A model generated the notes under the pieces. The model had not been told where the DNA came from and did not search any database. It was given only the letters and a program-made list of their open reading frames with translations. This document shows positions 1 to 7,050 of a DNA stretch of 63,060 bases, one piece after another (position 1 is the stretch's first letter; each line of letters opens with the position of its first letter). The DNA comes from Planctomycetota bacterium (GTDB lineage: Bacteria > Planctomycetota > UBA1135 > GCA-002748355), in contig JAJRTL010000076.1 of assembly GCA_024278315.1 (NCBI GenBank), forward strand, positions 1 to 63,060, written 5' to 3'. The position numbers and the translations under genes were made by a program.

Positions 1-230
1 CCCTCCGCAGGCGAGGGCCCCATGCCGAGCAAGCCGTTCTCGGTGTGATAGACCAGCTCGCGGTCATCGGGTACGTACTTGGCGATGAGCTCCGGGATCC
101 CGATGCCCAGGTTGACGTAGCTGCCATCGGGGATGTCGCGCGCGACACGCTCGGCCATCTGCTCGCGGCTCAACCCTACGCGATCCTGACTGGACTTGCT
201 TTCGGCAGCACCACCATGTGTCGGGCTCAT
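1..230 (-). CDS. scoB: 3-oxoacid CoA-transferase subunit B, N-terminal fragment (gene continues past the window edge)
   Basis: Minus-strand translation from ATG at 230 reads MSPTHGGAAESKSSQDRVGLSREQMAERVARDIPDGSYVNLGIGIPELIAKYVPDDRELVYHTENGLLGMGP, a typical CoA-transferase beta-subunit N-terminus. ATGA start/stop overlap with the upstream subunit A gene. Confidence 0.85.
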   Translation of the reverse strand, partial: MSPTHGGAAESKSSQDRVGLSREQMAERVARDIPDGSYVNLGIGIPELIAKYVPDDRELVYHTENGLLGMGPSPAE

Positions 231-937
231 GGGTAACGAACTCCTTGGGCCACCAAAGCGGACTCGAGCGCAGGGTTGGGGACCTCCACGACCCGCGTCA
301 CAAAGATCCCCGGCGTGACCACCACCTCGGGATCCAGCTCGCCTGCGGAAACGATCCTCGTCACCTGCACGATGGTCGTCTCGGCTGCGGTCGCCATGAT
401 CGGCGCAAAGTTGCGCGCCGTCTTGTTGTAGACCACGTTGCCATAACGGTCGGCCGCCCTTCCCTTGATGAGCGCAAACTCCGCAACGAGCCCCTTCTCC
501 ATCACGTAGTCATGATCGCCGAAGCGCCGGCGCTCCTTGCCATCCTCGAGCGGAGTGTCCACCGATGTCCGCGTATAGAAGGCGGGAATCCCCGCACCGC
601 CTGCCCGGATACGCTCGGCCAGCGTCACTTGCGGCACCAACTCCAACTCGATGCGCCCGCTCTTGTAGAGCTCGGGGAAGACCGTGGAGTTGGCCGTGCG
701 TGGGTAGGAGCAGATCATCTTGGACACACGACCGGACTGGATGAGTGCCGCCAGCCCGACCTCGCCGCTGCCGGTGTTGTTGTTGACCACCGTCAGGTCC
801 TTGGCGCCCTGGTCGATGAGCGCATGGATCAACTCGATGGGACTCCCCGCTTCGCCAAACCCTCCGATCAGGATCGTGGCGCCATCGGGAATGTCAGCGA
901 CCGCCTCTTGGGCGCTCTCGATCTGCTTGTCGATCAT
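227..937 (-). CDS. scoA: 3-oxoacid CoA-transferase subunit A
   Basis: 236-aa ORF with GGFGEAGSPIELI, NNNTG and SYPR-type segments characteristic of the alpha subunit of 3-oxoacid/acetate CoA-transferases. Translationally coupled to the subunit B gene. Confidence 0.9.
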   Translation of the reverse strand: MIDKQIESAQEAVADIPDGATILIGGFGEAGSPIELIHALIDQGAKDLTVVNNNTGSGEVGLAALIQSGRVSKMICSYPRTANSTVFPELYKSGRIELELVPQVTLAERIRAGGAGIPAFYTRTSVDTPLEDGKERRRFGDHDYVMEKGLVAEFALIKGRAADRYGNVVYNKTARNFAPIMATAAETTIVQVTRIVSAGELDPEVVVTPGIFVTRVVEVPNPALESALVAQGVRYP

Positions 938-975
938 GATGTCGAGGCCTCTCGGGGGGACCCGTCGGACCTGCC

Positions 976-2418
976 TCAGGAACTGGTCTTGGCGGTTGGC
1001 GTTGCGGCAGGCTTCTCGACTCTCCTGTAGTCGAACAGTCCCGCCTCGTCGAAGATGACACGATCGGCGTATCCATCGAACCAGATCGCCTCGGGATTGC
1101 GGGCCACGATGCAGACCTTGCCACGGTCGGAGGCCTCTGCGGCATTGCGCAGGATCTTGAAGATGACCACACCCTTCTCCGTGCCGGGGATACCGGCCAG
1201 CGGACCATTGGTCACGGCTGCCACCTCGGTCTTGCCCTTGTAGTGCGTGATGGAGAGACGAGCGTGCGCCTCGACTCCGGACAAACCCTTCTGGGACTCG
1301 TTGAGTGTCTGCCAGGCCGTCTCGATCGGCACGTTGAAGGCCCGATGAGCCACGATGTCGCGCCCGCAGAAGAAGTAGTGGTTCTCAGCACCGACCCGCT
1401 TGAGCGATCGCTGCATGATGCGCAACGCATCGGAGTCGTCGTTGATGCCCTTGATGATCGGGGACTGATTCTCGATACAGATCCAACCCCGCGAGACGAC
1501 GCGCTCCATGGCGCGCCAAGTCGAGGGAATCCACTTCAAGATTCCTGAATCCTCTTCGATATAGCCTCCGTCATCGCCCTTGGCCAGGAACTCATCGGGA
1601 TGGTTGAAGTGCACCATGATACGAAGCCCTACATCCGGATATGCTGCATGGAAGCCATCGAGCATCGCCAGGAACGCGTCGTCGAAGCGTTCGGGGTAGA
1701 ACGAGAACTCCTTGGTCCCGAGCCGGATGGACTCCACTCCAGCCTCGGCCAGGGCGGCGAACCATTGCGCCAGCTTGCTGTTGGGCAGCACCATGGGATC
1801 ACCGCCCGAGAGCAGAACCTCGCGCAGCTTCTCGCGGCCGGTCTCGGGATGGCGTCCGCCGTTCTCGGCCACGGCCTGGTTGTGCGACCGGATGTAGTCG
1901 GTGATTTCGCCGATCTGTGCCAGCCCTTTCCGGGCGACCGTGCCGTCCTGCCGATGGATCTCCTTCTGACTGATCAGCTCCTCCCGATAGCAGAAGCGAC
2001 AGTGCGCCGAGCAGGTCGAAACCACGTACATGAGGCCCATCTCGTACTTATGCAGCAGGCCTTCCACTGGGCTGTAGTCCATCTGATGGCCAGGATCCTG
2101 CGCCCCGGCCAGGTCCTCGGTCTCGTCGACGCTCGCCTTGACGATGTGCTGGATGGCCTGGCTCTTTTGGGCCAGTTCGTAGTAATGCCGCGTCATCTTG
2201 ACCGGCATGCGCTCCTCCACGTCCCGCTCGGTTCCCTTGAGCGCCCCCAGCGCCGCAACCTCCTCCGCGGAGTAGAAACCCAACACATCTTCGGGCGCCT
2301 TCTCGTCGAGGAAGATCTTGAGACCGTTGATGCTCTGACGGTCGTACTTGGGGTTTGTGACGGTATCCAGGAAGGCCTGTTCCTTGGCCGTGGGAAGGTA
2401 CTTTTTGGCGTGACTCAT
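976..2418 (-). CDS. KamA-family radical SAM aminomutase (lysine 2,3-aminomutase-like)
   Basis: ORF 976-2463 with a CSAHCRFC (CxxxCxxC) cluster motif and a KamA/EpmB-like layout. Start placed at MSHAKKY (ATG 2418); the upstream ATG at 2463 is also possible. Confidence 0.8.
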   Translation of the reverse strand: MSHAKKYLPTAKEQAFLDTVTNPKYDRQSINGLKIFLDEKAPEDVLGFYSAEEVAALGALKGTERDVEERMPVKMTRHYYELAQKSQAIQHIVKASVDETEDLAGAQDPGHQMDYSPVEGLLHKYEMGLMYVVSTCSAHCRFCYREELISQKEIHRQDGTVARKGLAQIGEITDYIRSHNQAVAENGGRHPETGREKLREVLLSGGDPMVLPNSKLAQWFAALAEAGVESIRLGTKEFSFYPERFDDAFLAMLDGFHAAYPDVGLRIMVHFNHPDEFLAKGDDGGYIEEDSGILKWIPSTWRAMERVVSRGWICIENQSPIIKGINDDSDALRIMQRSLKRVGAENHYFFCGRDIVAHRAFNVPIETAWQTLNESQKGLSGVEAHARLSITHYKGKTEVAAVTNGPLAGIPGTEKGVVIFKILRNAAEASDRGKVCIVARNPEAIWFDGYADRVIFDEAGLFDYRRVEKPAATPTAKTSS

Positions 2419-2552
2419 GTGGCTCGATCTCGAGTAGAGGCGTCTCTTGCGACTGCTCAGCAAGTCGCGGCACCAGAAAACTGGCAGGCAGGCGAATGTA
2501 TCGCCTCTCCAGGGAACGTGCTACAGAGATTACGCGGGATCGATCACGCTGC

Positions 2553-4460
2553 CTAGTGGATCCGCAGACCCTCGAAACGGATGGGTCGCATGGGGGCTCC
2601 GGCAGGTAATTGGAACCCCATACGGCCTTGGAGTCGACGACGTTCCAGGGGAATGATACGAGGTGCGAAGGGTCCGACACGAAGGGAGAGATCGTGATCC
2701 CGGAGGAGGAGAGTCACAGGGATAGAACTCTTGCCGTAGCTCGAGGGCATCTTGGCATACATCTCGAAGATGACGATAGGGCTCCCGTCTTTCCGCTGCT
2801 CCAGGATGACCACGATGTACCCTTTCATCGGTTTGAAGCGGAGGACGAATCGGTCTTTTCCGGAGCGTTGACCAAAAACGAAGTCGAGGATCGCAGGTCG
2901 AGGATCGATGGAAAACTCTACCAGACATCCGGCTGCGGGCATGGAGGGAAGGAGAAGGAGGGAGGACCCCTTGTTCCGGACAAAAGGACTCACGAGTGTA
3001 CCCTTCTGATAGTTCCAGGCACCCAGCCCTCCCAGGGTCTGTGCCCTGGCGAACAGGTTCTTGACTGAGGGGAAGAGCTGATCGATCTTCTTCTTGTCTT
3101 CGACGATCGCATCCGCATCCACCACCTTCGGACTCTTTACCGGAGCAACAGATCGACACATCGTGCGATACCTGGCCGCGAGGATCATGCGCCCATCTTT
3201 CTCTTCGGCGTGAGCCAAGGCCGCCAGACGTTTTGCCGCACTCTTTCGCGCGGAGAGAGTTGCCCCCAGAAGTCGATCGACCTTCTTGAGACTCGCCATC
3301 TGCCTCTTGCGGATATCTTCTTCGTTCGACGACAAGGAAGCAAGGATACCTACGCGCTCGAGATAGGCCTTGGCCAGCCAGTCGATCCTCCAAGCTGCCG
3401 CGCGCTCGGAAGACGCGAAGAGCACGTCGATTTCATGCCCTTGGAGCTTTCGCGGAAGCTCCGCCATGATCGACTTCCCGGCCAGCAGCGGCCGAATCCT
3501 GAAGTTGCGGAAGGACGTGGCCAGCTTGCTCGAGGTGAAGAACACATGCTCGAAGCAGAGGTGCCCATCCATCGTCGCGTTGGCAACAGGCAGGACACGA
3601 AGAGGTCCGTCGCCGATCGCGATGCTGAGCTCGGAGGATCGAACCTCGATGTGGAGGGGGAGCCAGGCGTCGACGTCCACATCCTCCCAAAAGCTGCCCT
3701 GCGGTGAGTAGCTGACCCTCGGTGGTGGGTTGTAGCGAAAGCCACCCATGTCGAGTCTCTTTTCACCGGGCCAACGACGCATTTCCGCCAACACATAGAC
3801 CTGTTTGCTATCCCCCGACCCCAGAAAGATGCCTGCCTTGGATTCCGCCGCGGGCAGACGCATCTCGCAGTCGATCATGAGTCCGGGCATGCTGGCCAAC
3901 CTGCTCTCGAGGATGGCCGGAGACTTCGATGTCGCATTGGGCCCGGGTGATACGAGCATGCCCTTGTGCCATCGGAAGGCGTTGCCTCCTTCTCGCTGAT
4001 AGCTATCGTTGGCCAGCGCCCCCCGCACGATTTTCTCGAAAGGCAAGCGGCCTTCACCGGCGTCGAAGAGGCAGGTCACCAGCGCACGAGTTCCGTCGAC
4101 TGACCTCTCGATACCTTCCGCCATCAGTAGCAGCTCGAGGGCATCGGCCCAGTGCTTCTGACGCATGTGGCTGATGCCTACCTTGCGGAGACTCCGTGCC
4201 GCACCGCTCAAGAGTTTGCGTTGCTTCTTCTCCTTGGGAGAAAACTTGGAGAGCAGGGCCTGGATCTGGGCCTGCGCCTCTTTGTCCTTGCGGAGCAGAG
4301 CTTCGTCGTATGCCGCACGAAGCAAATAGACAACGCGGTCCAACTGGTTGGCCTTCTCGGCCACAGTGGCAGCGGCGCGCAGCTCCTGAACCCTATCCCC
4401 TTGCAGGGGAGGGGCTGCTGGACAGGACAGGATGGCCAAGGCCAATGGGTGCAAGAACAT
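2553..4460 (-). CDS. secreted hypothetical protein with two internally repeated beta-rich modules (DUF1080/concanavalin-like by eye)
   Basis: 635-aa ORF with a hydrophobic N-terminus (MFLHPLALAILSCPAAPP). Two similar modules each begin with a G(M/T)LVSP segment. No recognisable catalytic motif. Confidence 0.6.
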   Translation of the reverse strand: MFLHPLALAILSCPAAPPLQGDRVQELRAAATVAEKANQLDRVVYLLRAAYDEALLRKDKEAQAQIQALLSKFSPKEKKQRKLLSGAARSLRKVGISHMRQKHWADALELLLMAEGIERSVDGTRALVTCLFDAGEGRLPFEKIVRGALANDSYQREGGNAFRWHKGMLVSPGPNATSKSPAILESRLASMPGLMIDCEMRLPAAESKAGIFLGSGDSKQVYVLAEMRRWPGEKRLDMGGFRYNPPPRVSYSPQGSFWEDVDVDAWLPLHIEVRSSELSIAIGDGPLRVLPVANATMDGHLCFEHVFFTSSKLATSFRNFRIRPLLAGKSIMAELPRKLQGHEIDVLFASSERAAAWRIDWLAKAYLERVGILASLSSNEEDIRKRQMASLKKVDRLLGATLSARKSAAKRLAALAHAEEKDGRMILAARYRTMCRSVAPVKSPKVVDADAIVEDKKKIDQLFPSVKNLFARAQTLGGLGAWNYQKGTLVSPFVRNKGSSLLLLPSMPAAGCLVEFSIDPRPAILDFVFGQRSGKDRFVLRFKPMKGYIVVILEQRKDGSPIVIFEMYAKMPSSYGKSSIPVTLLLRDHDLSLRVGPFAPRIIPLERRRLQGRMGFQLPAGAPMRPIRFEGLRIH

Positions 4461-4509
4461 GGTGGGGATTCCCTCTCGGTCTTTTCCGTCCGGGCTCCTT
4501 CATCCTAGC

Positions 4510-4586
4510 CCCGAGTACATGGGGTCAGACCCTATTTCTCCGGGTGAAACACCCGGAGAAATAGGGTCTGACCCCATGTACTCGGG
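4510..4586. repeat. 37-bp perfect inverted repeat with a 3-nt spacer, intergenic
   Basis: CCCGAGTACATGGGGTCAGACCCTATTTCTCCGGGTG-aaa-CACCCGGAGAAATAGGGTCTGACCCCATGTACTCGGG. It lies between the stop of the 4606-6726 gene and the start of the 2553-4460 gene, both on the minus strand. Confidence 0.95.
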
Positions 4587-4605
4587 TGGGGCTCTGGGGT
4601 TCGGG

Positions 4606-6726
4606 TTAGAGGGGGATGGCGCCTCCGTAGGGGACGCCGGTGAGGTAGGCGACGTCGCGCTTCCAGGTGGTCAGGTCGTCGAGGTGCAAACCGCTGAGGC
4701 TTGTGTGGCCGCAGGCACGGGCCAGCGCACTCATAAGGTGAGCGGTGGCGTCGAAGAAGCGTTGGAGGCCCTGGGCGGCGCTTTCGACGTCGATGAGTTG
4801 GCGCAGGGCTTCGTCCTGCGTGGCGATGCCGGTGGGACAGGTGTTGTTGTTGCACTGGCGCGCACCGATGCAGCCGATGGCCTGGATGGCCGAGTTGGAG
4901 ACTGCGATACCGTCTGCGCCGAGGGCGAGGGCCTTGGCGAAGTCCGCGGGTGTGCGCAGGCCACCGGTGATGAAGAGCGTCACTCCCTTGGCACCTGCCT
5001 GGTCGAGGTGGCGGCGCGCCCGTGCCAGAGCTGGCAGCGTGGGCACCGAGATGTTGTCTCGGAAGATCAGCGGAGCCGCGCCCGTGCCCCCACCGCGGCC
5101 ATCCAGGATGATGTAGTCGCCCCCCAGCTCGAGCGCCGCATCGATGTCCTTCTCGATGTGCTGCGCGGAGAGCTTGACGCCGACCGGGATACCGCCGGTC
5201 TTCTCCCGCACCTCGGCGGCAAAGTCACGAAACTGCGAGACCTGCGTCCACTCGGGAAAGCGCGCCGGCGAGATCGCATCCTGGCCGGCCTCGAGCCCGC
5301 GCACCCTGGCGATCTTCTCCGTAACCTTGGCACCCGGAAGATGACCGCCTGTGCCCGTCTTGGCTCCCTGCCCGAACTTGAAGTGGAAGGCCTGCACCTT
5401 CTGGATCTGTTCCCAAGCAAAGCCGAAGCGCGCCGACGCCATCTCATAGAAGTATCGACTGTTGGCCTCCTGCTCCTCGGGCAGCATCCCACCCTCTCCC
5501 GAGCAGATCCCGGTCCCAGCCAGCTCGGCTCCCTTGGACAGGGCCGTCTTGGCCTCGAAGGACAGCGCGCCGAAACTCATGTCCGAGACGATGATGGGAA
5601 TCTCGAGCTCGAGCGGCTTCTGTGCGCCTGGGCCGACGACCAGCCGCGTGTCGACCGCGACGTCATCGAGCTCGGGCACCTTGTAGAGCTGCGCGGTCAC
5701 GAACTGCAGGTCGTCCCAGACGGGCAACTCGTAGTAGGGCACCCCCATGGATCCCATCTTGCCGTGGCCACCCACCTGGGTCAGACCGTACTTGGCGAGG
5801 TGACGGATGTAGTCGTTGTGGGGTTCTTCACGGTTGACCGGTCCGGCATCCTCTGCGCCCGCTCCGTCCGCGGCAGTGCCTGCGCCTGTGGCCTTCCCGC
5901 GAAGCTCCGTGCGCGACACCATGACCTCGTCCCATGGAGCCTCGACCTCCACGCCGAGCACACGCCCATCGGCAGCCTTGACTACAGGCTTGCCTGCCTC
6001 GAGTGTCGCCGTTACCGAAACGCCCAGGACCTCTACAGCGAGCGGGCTCTTCTTCTCGAGCTCACCCAGCGTGGCCACACGAATCTTGTCATCATCGCGG
6101 TACTTGGCATGCCAGTGCTTCCCATCGCAGAAGGGCTTGTTCTTGCTGCTGCCGCAGCGGCACAGCGCGTAGTGCTCGCGGGAGACCTGGTCGAACCAGG
6201 GCGCCGCCCCGAAAGACACCGATCCCTTGACGCGGAAGGGCCCATGCCTCTCGATCTCGATCTCGGGTGCGCTGTCCAGATCCCGATGCTCCACGCCTTC
6301 GATCGTGTAGCTCAAGGCACCCGAGGGACAGACCTCACAGATCTCGATGATCTCTTCCACCGAGGCATTGTCGGGATGGATCCATGGCTGTTGATTGTGG
6401 TTGAACACGCTCGCTAGCTTCTCGGTGCAATCGCCAGCATGTGAGCAGATGCCACGGTTGTCGTGGATCGTGATCTGCTCGCCCACATAGGTCTTGCGAT
6501 CGTCGCGTTCGACACCACCGTCGTTCTTGCTCGTGAATCCGACCGAGGCATGCGTGCCATCACAGAAGGGTCGCTTCTTGCTTTGGCCGCAGCGGCACAG
6601 CGCCATCACGGCTTCACTGGCAATGGCCTCGCCATCGAAACCCTTGAACTCGGTGAGGTTCTTGACGATGAGCGGGCCATTCTCGGGTGCCGCGATCTGC
6701 GGATCTCTCTCGGACTTCTGGGACAT
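4606..6726 (-). CDS. fusion protein: two CDGSH iron-sulfur domains, a Cys-rich ferredoxin-like segment and a glutamate-synthase-type FMN domain (GltB domain 2 family)
   Basis: CRCGQSKKRPFCDGTH and CRCGSSKNKPFCDGKH match the CDGSH signature. The C-terminal ~430 aa carry GltS FMN-domain segments (SDMSFGALS, GEGG, FGQGAKTGTGGHLPG, DGRGGGTGAAP). Start set at MSQKSERD (ATG 6726), which has an AGGA-containing upstream sequence. Confidence 0.85.
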   Translation of the reverse strand: MSQKSERDPQIAAPENGPLIVKNLTEFKGFDGEAIASEAVMALCRCGQSKKRPFCDGTHASVGFTSKNDGGVERDDRKTYVGEQITIHDNRGICSHAGDCTEKLASVFNHNQQPWIHPDNASVEEIIEICEVCPSGALSYTIEGVEHRDLDSAPEIEIERHGPFRVKGSVSFGAAPWFDQVSREHYALCRCGSSKNKPFCDGKHWHAKYRDDDKIRVATLGELEKKSPLAVEVLGVSVTATLEAGKPVVKAADGRVLGVEVEAPWDEVMVSRTELRGKATGAGTAADGAGAEDAGPVNREEPHNDYIRHLAKYGLTQVGGHGKMGSMGVPYYELPVWDDLQFVTAQLYKVPELDDVAVDTRLVVGPGAQKPLELEIPIIVSDMSFGALSFEAKTALSKGAELAGTGICSGEGGMLPEEQEANSRYFYEMASARFGFAWEQIQKVQAFHFKFGQGAKTGTGGHLPGAKVTEKIARVRGLEAGQDAISPARFPEWTQVSQFRDFAAEVREKTGGIPVGVKLSAQHIEKDIDAALELGGDYIILDGRGGGTGAAPLIFRDNISVPTLPALARARRHLDQAGAKGVTLFITGGLRTPADFAKALALGADGIAVSNSAIQAIGCIGARQCNNNTCPTGIATQDEALRQLIDVESAAQGLQRFFDATAHLMSALARACGHTSLSGLHLDDLTTWKRDVAYLTGVPYGGAIPL

Positions 6727-6764
6727 GAGTAGGTTCCTTGGGGAGACGATCGAAGAAGACGCTG

Positions 6765-6795
6765 GCACATGTGTGGGGCTGGCAACGCACATGTG
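6765..6795. promoter_or_regulatory. two copies of the palindrome-containing motif GCACATGTG, 22 bp apart, in a divergent promoter region
   Basis: GCACATGTG occurs at 6765-6773 and 6787-6795 (core CACATGTG is self-complementary). The sites lie between the divergent starts at 6726 (minus) and 7051 (plus). Confidence 0.3.
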
Positions 6796-7050
6796 AACAC
6801 GGCCACTCCGGCCCATCCAACCGATTCTGATCCAACAGGGATGGAGGACACCCGAGCCATGGCTCTGCTCATACTTCTACAGCGCCGTTGGGTGCCAGAT
6901 CCTCTCGCTGTCCGGGATTTTCAACAAATCTGGCTGCCGTCCTCTTCGCCCTGGCCTCCGGAGGCAGGGCCCCATGAATCGCTCGGAGCGATTTCCGTAG
7001 GATTCCTGAAAACCCTGTCGGGTGGGGGAACGCCCTGTCGGGAGGGGGGC

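Noticed and set aside
227-230. Genome-wide reassignment of TGA to a sense codon as the explanation for the in-frame TGAs.
   Set aside because: TGA clearly terminates genes here, including at the stop/start overlaps ATGA (227-230) and GTGA (45374-45377 and 54856-54859), and at many ordinary gene ends.
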